NCBI GenBank assembly: GCA_947085295.1
Contig: CAMTVX010000017.1
Coordinates: 8,850-72,849, forward strand
From: an uncultured Alphaproteobacteria bacterium
Lineage (GTDB): Bacteria > Pseudomonadota > Alphaproteobacteria > UBA11222
DNA length: 64,000 bases
Reading direction: 5' to 3'
Of the stretch, positions 28,759 through 38,552 are shown piece by piece. The position numbers and the translations under genes were made by a program. How positions within the stretch are numbered: the first letter of the stretch is position 1; each line of letters begins with the position of its first letter. The notes below the pieces were generated by a model. That model worked only from the letters and a program-made list of their open reading frames with translations. It made no database searches and was not told the DNA's origin.

Positions 28759-29886
28759 ATGGAAAAATTATATTTGGCCAAAGGCCAGTTTCCGCCCAAT
28801 TTTTTTGATGGCGCAGCCACGCGCATTTTACATTTGCAGCGTTCTGATGGGGCTATTCCGTGGTTTGATGGCGGGGTGGTGGATCCCTGGAACCATATTG
28901 AAGCGGCAATGGGTCTCTCTATTCTGGGGCATTGGGATGCAGCCATAAACGCCTATGACTGGCTTGTGAATAATCAGTTGCCGGATGGTTCCTGGTGGGG
29001 TGATCTGGGTGCGTCGGTTCCCATTGATCTGGAAAAGGCGATGTTCGATGGTAACGTCGCGGCGGATGAACCTCCTGTGCGCGACAGTAATTTTTGCGCC
29101 TATATCGCCGTGGGTGTGTGGCACCATTATCTGGTTTCGGGGGACAATGATTTTCTGTCCCGCATGTGGCCGTCCGTTTGTGCCGCTATGGGTTTTGTGC
29201 TGTCACTGCAATCGGAACATGGCGAAATCCGCTGGGCGGCATGGGATTCGCGCGATGCGGATGATGCGCTGATAACGGGGTGTTCCTCGATTTATAAAAG
29301 TCTTGAATGCGCCATTCACATTGCCAGGGAACTGGATGAACCCTATGGGGAATGGGCGCTTGCGCGCGCACGGTTGGGCGATGCGCTGCGCCATAAACCG
29401 CACCGGTTTGACCGTACCTGGCAATCCAAGGAACGTTATTCGATGGATTGGTACTATCCGGTTCTGTCAGGGGCGTTGCGCGGGGACGCCGCGTTTTCAC
29501 GGCTTTCCAGCAAGTGGAATATCTTTGTTGAAGCGGGTCATGGCTGCCGCTGCGTTTCCGATGAGCCCTGGATTACCGTCGCGGAAACCTGCGAACTGGT
29601 GCTGGCGCTGCTTACTTCGGGCCAGCCGGTGCGGGCGATGGAACTGTTCAGTTGGGTGCATAAATACCGCCATGACAGCGGCGCATACTGGATGGGTTAC
29701 CAGATTGTGGAAAATGTTCCGTGGCCGGAAGAAATGCCGGCATGGACTGCGGGCGCGGTATTACTTGCGGCAGACGCATTATGCAGTGTGACGCGCGCGT
29801 CACGTCTGTTCATTGATGTGTTAGACGAGGATGCGGCGCAGCAGTCCGAGCGACTTTACCATAGCCAGTTTTTCAAACAGTCCTGA
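28759..29886 (+). CDS. QW-motif (prenyltransferase / squalene-oxidase repeat, alpha/alpha-toroid) protein
   Basis: Q-x2,3-DG-x-W repeats occur in LQRSDGAIPW, NNQLPDGSWWGD and LQSEHGEIRWAAW. These suggest a terpenoid-cyclase / prenyltransferase-beta or glycoside-hydrolase-like alpha/alpha barrel. 375 aa. Confidence 0.45.
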   Translation: MEKLYLAKGQFPPNFFDGAATRILHLQRSDGAIPWFDGGVVDPWNHIEAAMGLSILGHWDAAINAYDWLVNNQLPDGSWWGDLGASVPIDLEKAMFDGNVAADEPPVRDSNFCAYIAVGVWHHYLVSGDNDFLSRMWPSVCAAMGFVLSLQSEHGEIRWAAWDSRDADDALITGCSSIYKSLECAIHIARELDEPYGEWALARARLGDALRHKPHRFDRTWQSKERYSMDWYYPVLSGALRGDAAFSRLSSKWNIFVEAGHGCRCVSDEPWITVAETCELVLALLTSGQPVRAMELFSWVHKYRHDSGAYWMGYQIVENVPWPEEMPAWTAGAVLLAADALCSVTRASRLFIDVLDEDAAQQSERLYHSQFFKQS

Positions 29887-30447
29887 CGCCAGCGCCAGTT
29901 TATAAATTTCATAAGGCGCCTGGCCGCCATCCTTTGGGTCTGGATATATATCGTGAATGGCCAGGATGCCGCCCTGCATGACATGCGGGCTGAAGCCACG
30001 ATAATCAATCATCGCCATTTCAAGCGCGTGTCCACCATCAATAAACAGCATCGAAAGCGGTATATTCCAGTGCCGCGCCGCCAGCCGTGATTTAGTGACT
30101 ATCGCCACTACCGTATCTTCCAACTGCGCGCGCCGCAATGTGTCGCGAAAAAACGGCAGTGTATCCATCGCGCCTGCATTGGCGTCCCAGGTTTGCGGGT
30201 CGTGATGTTCCCAGCCGGGCTGATTTTCCTCTGATCCGCGATGATGATCCACCGCGTATAACAGTGCGCCCCGCGCCTTGCAGGCCGCGCCCAGATAGAC
30301 GGTGGATTTTCCGCAATAAGAACCAATTTCCATCACTGGCCCGCGTTCGGCGGCGCCAAGTGCGGCATCATGCAATGCCGCGCCCTCAGCCGGGTCCATA
30401 AAGCCTTTGACTGATTCAATGTCGATGGGCAGAGAAGGTTGCATCAT
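29821..30447 (-). CDS. Class I SAM-dependent methyltransferase (O-methyltransferase family 3 / CmcI-like)
   Basis: Motif I is VMEIGSYCGKSTVYLGAA. LFIDGGH is typical of family-3 O-MTs. About 208 aa. It is convergent with the QW-repeat gene and overlaps it by 66 nt. Confidence 0.6.
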   Translation of the reverse strand: MMQPSLPIDIESVKGFMDPAEGAALHDAALGAAERGPVMEIGSYCGKSTVYLGAACKARGALLYAVDHHRGSEENQPGWEHHDPQTWDANAGAMDTLPFFRDTLRRAQLEDTVVAIVTKSRLAARHWNIPLSMLFIDGGHALEMAMIDYRGFSPHVMQGGILAIHDIYPDPKDGGQAPYEIYKLALASGLFEKLAMVKSLGLLRRILV

Positions 30448-31742
30448 TTCCCCCCATACAGCGGCACCTGCGTGATCCGGCGTTCGATGTCCGCCATCAC
30501 ATCCAGATACCGCTGGCTTTCCACATCGCCGAAACGCCCCTCAAACTGGGCCTGGTTCATATTGTCAGGCAGGCCTGTAATGTCAGGAAAAAACTCAGAC
30601 TCGTTTTTGACGGCGGCCAATATTCTTTGAAGCCGCTTTGCGCGGGCGCTGTTTGCCGCCTGCTCCGCAAGAACAACACCGGCGCGGTCACCGGCAATAT
30701 CAGAGAAGCTGAATCCGCTGCCGCCACGCAAGGTATCGGCGATTTCCTTGAATTCGCCAATCGCATTGGCGATGTCAACGCCAGCGGCAAGCTGCAACCC
30801 CGCAGAGGTCAGAAAATGCTGCACCAGATCGTGCCGTCCTTTCACCGTGACATTATGGCTGCCCAATTTTGACCCGGAAAAATATTTTCCCTCAGAATTG
30901 TCGGCAAGCTTTTTCATCCGGTCATCTCCAAAATAAATCGCCAGCGCCAGGATCGCAGCCTTGTTCTCGCTGGATGCGTCACCCCCATCTGCTGCGCTGC
31001 GCTTTGCAGCAAGCATAAATATCGGCCCAATATACCGGGTTAACGATACATAGCCACCGCGCAGATCTGCAGAAATTTCCTGCAAGCGGGAAAAGTATAT
31101 CTGTACGGTTTCCGGGTCAGAGATGCGCAATTGTTCGTTCCCGGCCAGTCGTGATATCAGTTCTTTGGAACCGCCTTTATACGGCACATAGGCTAGCGTC
31201 ATTTCTTTTTCTGAAAAACGCACCGCGCTAACGGTGTCGATAATTTTTTCGCCATTCCCTTTACCCAACAAAGAATCAAGTGCAGATCCGATAACAGGCA
31301 ATAATAAATTGTGTGGCAGGGAAGTATCGCCCAGTGAAAAATGGCTAAGTAACAGCCCCTCTTCGGACGGCAATAGACCGAAACTTAAATTGATATATTT
31401 CCCCAGTGGATTTGCAGGTAATTCTATGGTTAGCCGTGCTTCCAATCCTTGCGCGGATATCTGTGCATCTGCCCGGGCATTGGGTACGCCACGCGCGGCA
31501 AATGCCAGCAGGCTTTCCAGATCCTGTTCTGTCACGGAAATCTCTGCCCTGGATTTACTTTCCCTGGAGCCCGCCTTAAATCGTTGCATCAGCGATTTAA
31601 TGCGTTGCGCCTGCTCCGAATTGGCGGTGGCGGATTGATCTGTAACCAGCGGCTTGTTCTCAATGGACTGAAGCGCCAGATAGCCCAGTCCTGCTATGCC
31701 GGACAGCAAGATCAGAAGCAGCAAAGCCAGCAGACGCTTCAT
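30444..31742 (-). CDS. Hypothetical exported/membrane-anchored protein, co-transcribed downstream of the AsmA-family gene
   Basis: 432 aa. The N-terminus is a hydrophobic signal/anchor (MKRLLALLLLILLSGIAGLGYLAL). No recognisable catalytic motif. The start abuts the AsmA stop. Confidence 0.45.
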   Translation of the reverse strand: MKRLLALLLLILLSGIAGLGYLALQSIENKPLVTDQSATANSEQAQRIKSLMQRFKAGSRESKSRAEISVTEQDLESLLAFAARGVPNARADAQISAQGLEARLTIELPANPLGKYINLSFGLLPSEEGLLLSHFSLGDTSLPHNLLLPVIGSALDSLLGKGNGEKIIDTVSAVRFSEKEMTLAYVPYKGGSKELISRLAGNEQLRISDPETVQIYFSRLQEISADLRGGYVSLTRYIGPIFMLAAKRSAADGGDASSENKAAILALAIYFGDDRMKKLADNSEGKYFSGSKLGSHNVTVKGRHDLVQHFLTSAGLQLAAGVDIANAIGEFKEIADTLRGGSGFSFSDIAGDRAGVVLAEQAANSARAKRLQRILAAVKNESEFFPDITGLPDNMNQAQFEGRFGDVESQRYLDVMADIERRITQVPLYGGK

Positions 31743-34700
31743 TATTTCTTGTCCTTTATGATGCCATTCAGGATGCCATTCAGCATCTTGCGCGCCGTGC
31801 CTTGTTCTTGTGGCGCAGGCGGGACGGGTTGTGGCGCGGGTGCGGCAGGCGACGGAACCAGGGACGGCGCATGCGTCTCACTAATGGCGGGCGCTGGTGC
31901 CGACGCGGTCGCCGGCTGCGCATCTCTGTTGCTGATTATCCGTTGCAGACTTTTCGACATAAGACCCTGCGTAAAATAATTTTCCAGTCTGCTGGTTCGC
32001 AACGAGAATTCCGGTGCATTCAGTGGACCAATATAGGCAATGCCCAGCGGGGGCGCGTTCATATGCTGGTTTAACGTCAAACTTGCCTCACTATTCAGCC
32101 AGTAGCGCGGCAGATCAATGCTGACATCCACGCCGCCTGTGGCTGAATCAATATTAATTTCCGGATTTTTACTTTGCGCAACACCCTGACTAATTACAAA
32201 TGGCAGGCTAATGCGCTTGAACGGTGTATTGCCGCCCCGCAAAATAGTATCGGCGAGATTCATAAAATCGGCGGCGCGCTCCATGCTGCCAAGCCGGGAA
32301 CTGAATGTGGGCAGATCAATCCCCTGAATGAACCCGTCGGTCGCTGTGATGCGCGCCTGACCTTCCAGACTGGATACCAGCGCAAAACTGCTAACGCCAG
32401 CGCCCTTTACCGCACCGGAAAAATCCATACGCCCGGTCATGGCCTCTGCGCCTGCAAGCGCAACGCTTGCCGCTTTCATGTCGGCGCTTTTCAATTTCCA
32501 TTCGGCGGTCAGTTCCGGAACGGGCATATCAAACTTCAAATTTGCCGTGGCGCCAAGCTCTCCGTCGAACAGCTTGCCGGAAAATTGTTTCAGTCTTGCA
32601 TTGCCTTCGCGAATTTCAAAAATAATACCGGGCCTGGCGATATCATATCCACGCGCGAAAAAACGTTCCGCTTCAATATTTATGTCCGCATCGAATTGCG
32701 CCATCCAGGTCATATCAAATGGCGCGCCAGACCAGGGCAATTGTCGCCTCGTCGCGGGCTCATCCGCGTTCTGTAATGGCAACGGCTGTAAATAATTATC
32801 CGCCAGAATTTCGCCAAATTTCAACTCTGCGCGAACCATCGGCTTGGCCGCCTTGCTATTCCAGTTAGCCATCCCATGAACGGTGATAGTGCCAATCACG
32901 CCCTGAAGTGCGCTCAAACCTATCTCCGTTCGGGTTCCGGAAAGTTCCGCCGTCATGGCTATTCCCGCTGCGTCCTCGGGTGCGGACGGAAAAATATCCA
33001 GGCCAGTCTGGGTCGAAAATTTAGCCAGACTTGGGTTGGCAAGCGATAGATATGCCTTGAATGTCGTCTGATCTCCCACAAGCGCCAGTGTTCCCGGCGC
33101 CAGCCCGCTCATGCCGCCAGACATCTGAAAAATGGTTTCCCCAAAGCGTGACTCAATCACCGTTTCCAGCCCTGCATTGGCCAGCAGAAATTTCGCCTCA
33201 ATACTGGATTTGCCCAATTGTTTTCCCGGCACAGGCAATGTAACACCCAGCGTTCGCGCAAATCCGGCAAGATCATTGGATGCCAGCCGTAAATTAATTT
33301 CCCCCTGCGTAGCGGTCGCAAAATTTCCCAACACGCCACTAATGCTAATCGCGGTGCCCGCAATATCTGAAACAGAAAAACTGTTTAGCGCCAGTGTGCC
33401 GCCTATTGCCGCGCCATCCGCCTTTAATTTTGTGATGGGTACACCGCGATAGGTAAGCGCGCGGACAGATATATTGAAATTGCTGTCATATCGCGCAACC
33501 AGATCACGCAACAAAACCCATGACAGTCCGGAATCCGGCACAATGACTGGCGCGCTATTATCCGTAGACGGCACATCCGGAACAGTTTCGTTTTCTTCCT
33601 GAAAATAATTATCCGCATTCAATTGATCAACGTCCAGATCAACGCCCAGCGCCAGGCGTTCGCGAATTCCCAAACCAATGCTTCCCGTCAGCCGGGATGC
33701 GTCAATTTCAGCAGATATTTCATTTAATTGCAGAAGCTCCGGCGAAAGCTCCAGCAGCCCGGATAATTCTGCGCGGCTCAGGCTGCGCTCCTGCATTTCT
33801 GGAAACTGATAGCCAAACCAGCCAAGCAATCCGCGTAAATTCTCGGCACGAAGCGCGATTTTGCCACTAAATTGCGGCTGACCTTTTACGGCCGTCAATT
33901 TTCCCGAAATCTGGCTTGAGGCGCTGCCTGGCAATAACGCGCTAAACGCGTCCAGGTTTGCCGCGCCATCCGCAACTGTCATGGCCAGCGTTACATCGCG
34001 CAGATGCGCATTGTTCAGCTTAATCGCATTTCCTGAAAAGCGTACCGTGCCAGATATATCATGCGGAATGTCAAAGCTGTTTTCTGTCGCCGGACGGGCT
34101 GCAACAGCCACCGGCGCCGTTGTGCGCAGTGCATCCAGATCAAGACTGGATGCATTCAAATTTACTTCAAATCCTTTTGTTGCGCCCGTATTCAACAAAA
34201 GGCTTCCTGTCAAAGTGTTTTCTCCAAGGCCCAGTTTCACCCTGTCGAATTTCATGGCGTCGGAACCAGCGGCTATGCTGGCTTCCATCCGATATGGGTG
34301 GCGTAAATATTCATGCTGAACGCCAGACAAAACTGGTACGCCCAGCTTTGAAATTGCGGCAATCAATTCATTAAAATCCGTACCCTGACTATTCAGAACA
34401 CCGTTCGCCGCGCCCGTATCTGTCGTGGTTCCGGTAAAATTGACTTTCACGCCGTCTGCCAGAATTAATTTCACGTTGAGCGGTGCGCCCCGCGCCGGTA
34501 TGAATTTTCCCAGCGCCGCTTCAATATTGATCGGCATGTCCCGCAATCGCACGGACCCTTTCGCCTCAAATGGTCCCTGCAGGGTATCGGCGGAAAGCTG
34601 CAATTGCATCGCCGCCACCTCGAAAGCATCACCCGAAACATGGTTGCGATAGCGCAGCGTGCCACGCTCCACCTCTACATTGTCAAACCTGATTGTGGAC

Positions 34701-35143
34701 GCACCGTCTGACGATCCAGGTTGCCATGCCCAGTTATGGGTGCCATCCGGCAATGTTTCCAGATTCAGCACTGGCGCAATCAACCGGAAATTGGCCACCT
34801 GAATTTTCCCGGAAAGCAGCGCCATCATGCCTAGCTGCGCCTCCAGCCGCTCAAGGCCAAGCATGACCGGCTCTGTTGCGCCCACAGCGTTTGCCAGCGT
34901 CGCGTTTTCAAGAGAAAGTGCCGGACGTGGCAGCATTTTGAAACTTATCGCGCCCGCAATACGCACCTGGCGCCCGGTAATGGCGCTCGCCTGATGCTCT
35001 ATCTCGTCCTTAAAACGATTCCAGTCGATATAGCCCGGCAATATCAGCGCGGCTGCCACAACGGCCATCAGTACCAGGGTGAAACGGATCAAGCCCTTTC
35101 TGAAACCCGATGCTGGCCGTTTGAACTTGCGCGCCTGTCGCAT
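31742..35143 (-). CDS. AsmA-family (AsmA/TamB-like) outer-membrane biogenesis protein
   Basis: 1133 aa. The N-terminal TM anchor is LIRFTLVLMAVVAAALILPGYI. The long repetitive body is beta-rich. The C-terminus has a Pro-rich linker (PAPAISETHAPSLVPSPAAPAPQPVPPAPQ) and a conserved tail. Confidence 0.7.
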   Translation of the reverse strand: MRQARKFKRPASGFRKGLIRFTLVLMAVVAAALILPGYIDWNRFKDEIEHQASAITGRQVRIAGAISFKMLPRPALSLENATLANAVGATEPVMLGLERLEAQLGMMALLSGKIQVANFRLIAPVLNLETLPDGTHNWAWQPGSSDGASTIRFDNVEVERGTLRYRNHVSGDAFEVAAMQLQLSADTLQGPFEAKGSVRLRDMPINIEAALGKFIPARGAPLNVKLILADGVKVNFTGTTTDTGAANGVLNSQGTDFNELIAAISKLGVPVLSGVQHEYLRHPYRMEASIAAGSDAMKFDRVKLGLGENTLTGSLLLNTGATKGFEVNLNASSLDLDALRTTAPVAVAARPATENSFDIPHDISGTVRFSGNAIKLNNAHLRDVTLAMTVADGAANLDAFSALLPGSASSQISGKLTAVKGQPQFSGKIALRAENLRGLLGWFGYQFPEMQERSLSRAELSGLLELSPELLQLNEISAEIDASRLTGSIGLGIRERLALGVDLDVDQLNADNYFQEENETVPDVPSTDNSAPVIVPDSGLSWVLLRDLVARYDSNFNISVRALTYRGVPITKLKADGAAIGGTLALNSFSVSDIAGTAISISGVLGNFATATQGEINLRLASNDLAGFARTLGVTLPVPGKQLGKSSIEAKFLLANAGLETVIESRFGETIFQMSGGMSGLAPGTLALVGDQTTFKAYLSLANPSLAKFSTQTGLDIFPSAPEDAAGIAMTAELSGTRTEIGLSALQGVIGTITVHGMANWNSKAAKPMVRAELKFGEILADNYLQPLPLQNADEPATRRQLPWSGAPFDMTWMAQFDADINIEAERFFARGYDIARPGIIFEIREGNARLKQFSGKLFDGELGATANLKFDMPVPELTAEWKLKSADMKAASVALAGAEAMTGRMDFSGAVKGAGVSSFALVSSLEGQARITATDGFIQGIDLPTFSSRLGSMERAADFMNLADTILRGGNTPFKRISLPFVISQGVAQSKNPEINIDSATGGVDVSIDLPRYWLNSEASLTLNQHMNAPPLGIAYIGPLNAPEFSLRTSRLENYFTQGLMSKSLQRIISNRDAQPATASAPAPAISETHAPSLVPSPAAPAPQPVPPAPQEQGTARKMLNGILNGIIKDKK

Positions 35144-35202
35144 ATATAGAACCTATTCCTTATTATTCTGGCAAAACATACAGCAACGTGGATAATGCCC
35201 CC

Positions 35203-35400
35203 ATGACAGAGATCATCAACCTGAATAAGGTGCGCAAACAGCGCATGAAGCAGGCGGGACAAAAAACCGCCAGTCAAAACCGTGTAAAATACGGATTGAC
35301 CAGACGGGTTCGTGACGCCGCCCGCCTTGAGCAGGAAAAGCACGCCGAAAAACTTGATGCCTTGCGCCTGCCGGCGGACCCGAATCAGAAACCTGAATAG
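35203..35400 (+). CDS. DUF4169-like small basic protein
   Basis: MTEIINLNKVRKQRMKQAGQKTASQNRVKYGLTRRVRDAARLE matches the small alphaproteobacterial DUF4169 pattern (NLN.FRK...ENR..FGRTK). A start at 35188 is also possible. Confidence 0.45.
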   Translation: MTEIINLNKVRKQRMKQAGQKTASQNRVKYGLTRRVRDAARLEQEKHAEKLDALRLPADPNQKPE

Positions 35401-35431
35401 CATGTCACACCCAACCCAGGAAACGAATGCC

Positions 35432-37060
35432 ATGCCAAAGTCCGGGCCGCTAAGCGGTGTCAGGGTAATTGATCTTTCACGTGTACTGGCCGGGCCGTAT
35501 TGCACCATGTTATTACTGGATCTGGGGGCTGGCGTCACTAAGGTTGAAACACCTGCCGGGGGCGATGATGCGCGCGCTTTTGGACCGTTTATCGGGGATC
35601 GGTCGGCCTATTTTATGTCGCTCAACCGGGGTAAGCGCTCCATAGCGCTGGACCTGAAGGCGCCTGCGGACCGTGCGATTTTCGAACAATTGCTGGATCA
35701 CGCCGATGTGCTGGTCGAAAATTACCGCGCCGGTACCATGGAAAAACTTGGCTATGGCTGGGATATTTTGCAGGCGCGCTATCCCCATCTGATCTATGCC
35801 GCCACCAGTGGTTTTGGCCACACCGGTCCATATTCTGATCGTCCAGCTTACGACATGGTGGTGCAGGGCATGGGCGGAATTATGAGCCTGACCGGTTATC
35901 CGGGCGGGCCGCCCACCCGGGTCGGCAGCTCCATCGGCGATATTACAGCGGGGCTGTTCACAGCGATTGGTATTTTATCCGCGCTGCATCACCGTTCTGA
36001 AACCGGCAAGGGCCTGAAGGTTGACGTCTCGATGCTGGATTGCCAGTTGGCCATTCTGGAAAACGCCATTGTGCGCTATTTTACGACCGGCGAAATTCCG
36101 GGGCCGCTTGGCGCGCGCCATCCCTCGATCACTCCATTCGAAGCCTATGCCGCGCAGGACGGACATGTGATTATCGCGGCGGGGAATGACAAACTGTTTC
36201 ATCTGGCATTGGAAGCGCTTGGTTTGCCGGAATTGCAAAATGACCCGCGCTTTGTCAGCGGCCCCTTGCGCAATAAAAATGTCGAGGCATTGAAGCAGTG
36301 TTTTGAAGCAGCATTGGGAAAGGCTTCCGTCGATCACTGGCTCACGCAATTGCACGAACGCGGCGTGCCTGCCGGGCCGATAAATAATGTGGCGCAAATA
36401 CTTGCAGATCCCCAGATCAAGGTGCGCAATATGGTGGTGACAGCACAGGATAAGGTCGCCGGCACCCTGCATATGGCGGGCAACCCGATCAAACTTTCCG
36501 CCTTTCCTGACCCCTCTACCCGGGGCGCGCCGCCAGAGCTGGACGGCAACCGGGCGGAAATTCTGCGTGAGATGAATGCCGGGCAACTGCATCTGGCGCG
36601 CACTAAACAGACCGATCACGAGACGGTTGCGCATCTGATGCTGGCTCGCTTTGGCTCTGTGCAGATGCCGGGTCATACCGGGCTGTATGATGTGCGCGCG
36701 CTTCCCGGTTTTATCGCAAAAAATGCGCACGGTTTGGCAGGGCTTGCCAGCTTTGCACTTGAAGGCGATCGCTGCCAGCTGGTGTGTCTGGACAGTGTGC
36801 ATGCCGCGCGGGGATGCGGGCGGGCGCTATTGCAGGCGGTGATTGATTTTGCCCGCTCTGAAGGCTGCAAAAAACTGGAAATTCGCGTTGGTAATAATAA
36901 TCTGCACGCAGTCAGTTTTTTTCAAAAAAACGGTTTTGCGATGACCGGGATACTTCCTGGAGAAATGGCCCGGCAGTTGGCGCTAATGCCTGGCGCAATC
37001 GCCCCCGGTGACGCCGAAATTCAGGCCCGCGATCTTATCGTACTGGAATTCGCGCTGTGA
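35432..37060 (+). CDS. Family III CoA-transferase (CaiB/BaiF) fused to a C-terminal GNAT acetyltransferase domain
   Basis: The N-terminus MPKSGPLSGVRVIDLSRVLAGPYCTMLLLDLGA, then ...NYR and ...ATSGFGHTGPY, are family-III signatures. The C-terminal segment of about 130 aa (CGRALLQAVIDFARSEGCKKLEIRVGNNNLHAVSFFQKNGF) is a GNAT fold. An aggaaa RBS precedes the ATG at 35432. Confidence 0.7.
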   Translation: MPKSGPLSGVRVIDLSRVLAGPYCTMLLLDLGAGVTKVETPAGGDDARAFGPFIGDRSAYFMSLNRGKRSIALDLKAPADRAIFEQLLDHADVLVENYRAGTMEKLGYGWDILQARYPHLIYAATSGFGHTGPYSDRPAYDMVVQGMGGIMSLTGYPGGPPTRVGSSIGDITAGLFTAIGILSALHHRSETGKGLKVDVSMLDCQLAILENAIVRYFTTGEIPGPLGARHPSITPFEAYAAQDGHVIIAAGNDKLFHLALEALGLPELQNDPRFVSGPLRNKNVEALKQCFEAALGKASVDHWLTQLHERGVPAGPINNVAQILADPQIKVRNMVVTAQDKVAGTLHMAGNPIKLSAFPDPSTRGAPPELDGNRAEILREMNAGQLHLARTKQTDHETVAHLMLARFGSVQMPGHTGLYDVRALPGFIAKNAHGLAGLASFALEGDRCQLVCLDSVHAARGCGRALLQAVIDFARSEGCKKLEIRVGNNNLHAVSFFQKNGFAMTGILPGEMARQLALMPGAIAPGDAEIQARDLIVLEFAL

Positions 37061-37075
37061 TCTGCACCTTCTGAT

Positions 37076-37912
37076 ATGCGGGCATTGATCTTTATATGTG
37101 TTCTGGTTTTTTGTGCCTTCCAGATAGCATCTGGCGTCGGCGCGCCAAATTATTCGCGCATCGAATTGCTTTCGGGCGTGACCGCGCTTGGTGATGGCGG
37201 CCCGATATTGCTTGGCATTCGAATTGAACCGCGCCCCGGCTGGAAAACCTATTGGCGTGCGCCGGGTGAAAGCGGCCTGCCACCAGTTTTTACCTTCCGT
37301 GCGCATGACAATATGGATGCGCCACAGATCAAATGGCCCGCGCCAAAACGATTAATCCTTCAGGGCCTGGAATCCTATGGCTATGACGGCCCGGTGATAT
37401 TTCCGTTTTATGTGCAGCCACATAATATCGCCGCGCCAGCACGCCTTGAGGTTCAGATAGATTATGCCGTGTGTATGGATATCTGTGTGCCGGAACAGGC
37501 GGCGTTACGCCTGGTGCTGCTGCCTGGTGCGGCAAAGGCCACAAATGATACTGCTGCCTTGCAGGTGGCCGCCGCCCGGGTGCCACGCCTGCAGAATGAA
37601 AATAGCCAGCCGCGCATCAACACGGCACAAGTCCAGAAAAATGGGACAAAAACTTTTTTGCTGGTAGAAGCCGAGGCTGCCAATGGGTTCGGCGCACCCG
37701 ATCTGTTTGCCGATGGCCCATCCGATCTGCTTTTTGGCCCGCCGCAAATCAGTTACAGAGACGGAAAACTCAAGGCTGCCTTTATCATGTCAATCACACC
37801 GCTTGACCCGGCCATACAGATAATTGGCCAAACCGTTACCCTGACCCTGACCGATAGAGAAATTGCTCTAGAAAAGCAGGCGAAACTGGCGGAACAGGCA
37901 CAAACAGAGTAA
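37076..37912 (+). CDS. DsbD/ScsB N-terminal (DsbC-corrector, PF11412-like) domain protein with signal peptide
   Basis: A signal peptide is present. GWKTYWRAPGESGLPP and CMDICVP are typical of the DsbD alpha-domain family. It lies immediately upstream of a peroxiredoxin. Confidence 0.55.
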   Translation: MRALIFICVLVFCAFQIASGVGAPNYSRIELLSGVTALGDGGPILLGIRIEPRPGWKTYWRAPGESGLPPVFTFRAHDNMDAPQIKWPAPKRLILQGLESYGYDGPVIFPFYVQPHNIAAPARLEVQIDYAVCMDICVPEQAALRLVLLPGAAKATNDTAALQVAAARVPRLQNENSQPRINTAQVQKNGTKTFLLVEAEAANGFGAPDLFADGPSDLLFGPPQISYRDGKLKAAFIMSITPLDPAIQIIGQTVTLTLTDREIALEKQAKLAEQAQTE

Positions 37913-37954
37913 ACTGACTGCGAATAATTCCAGCTCACAACAAGGGAGACCAAC

Positions 37955-38440
37955 ATGACCATACAGGTAGGTGACAAGATACCCGAAGCCACATTGATGC
38001 ATATGACGGAAAAGGGCCCTGCCCCGATCACAACCGCAGAGCTGTTTGGCGGCAAAAAAGTGGTGCTGTTCGCAGTTCCCGGCGCTTTTACGCCGACATG
38101 CTCTAACCAGCATCTGCCTGGATTTGTTGAGAAAGCCAATGAAATCAAAGCCAAAGGCGTGAACACCATCGCATGCCTGTCGGTTAATGACGCCTTTGTC
38201 ATGGGCGCATGGGGCAAGGATCGCAATGTCGGCGACAAGGTATTGATGCTGGGCGATGGCAGCGCCGCCTTCAGCAAGGCCCTGGGCCTTGATCTGGACC
38301 TATCCAAAATGGGTCTGGGCGTGCGTTCCAAACGCTATTCCATGCTGGTGGAAAATGGCGTTGTAAAACAACTGAATATCGAAGACGCCCCGGCAGGTGC
38401 GGTTAAAAGCGGCGCGGACACGATGTTAACACAGCTTTAA
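37955..38440 (+). CDS. Peroxiredoxin, Prx5 subfamily
   Basis: VLFAVPGAFTPTCS contains the peroxidatic Cys in the PGAFTPTC motif. 161 aa. Confidence 0.85.
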   Translation: MTIQVGDKIPEATLMHMTEKGPAPITTAELFGGKKVVLFAVPGAFTPTCSNQHLPGFVEKANEIKAKGVNTIACLSVNDAFVMGAWGKDRNVGDKVLMLGDGSAAFSKALGLDLDLSKMGLGVRSKRYSMLVENGVVKQLNIEDAPAGAVKSGADTMLTQL

Positions 38441-38492
38441 CCGGTATAATCACCCGGTTGGGTAATATTACCCGACCGGGTGCAATATTCAG
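38441..38492. promoter_or_regulatory. Nested perfect palindromes between prx and the downstream orphan gene (terminator or operator candidate)
   Basis: Read directly in aaccggtataatcacccggttgggtaatattacccgaccgggtg. It contains gggtaatattaccc (a perfect 14-bp palindrome) nested inside cacccgg..ccgggtg. Confidence 0.4.
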
Positions 38493-38552
38493 TGTTTGCT
38501 AACAATATTTCGACATGATGTACGCCCATCCCTTTAACGGAAGGCGAAGCAA

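Noticed and set aside
35975-36802. 275-aa minus-strand ORF antisense to the CoA-transferase gene
   Set aside because: No family resemblance. The sense strand encodes clear CaiB/BaiF motifs.
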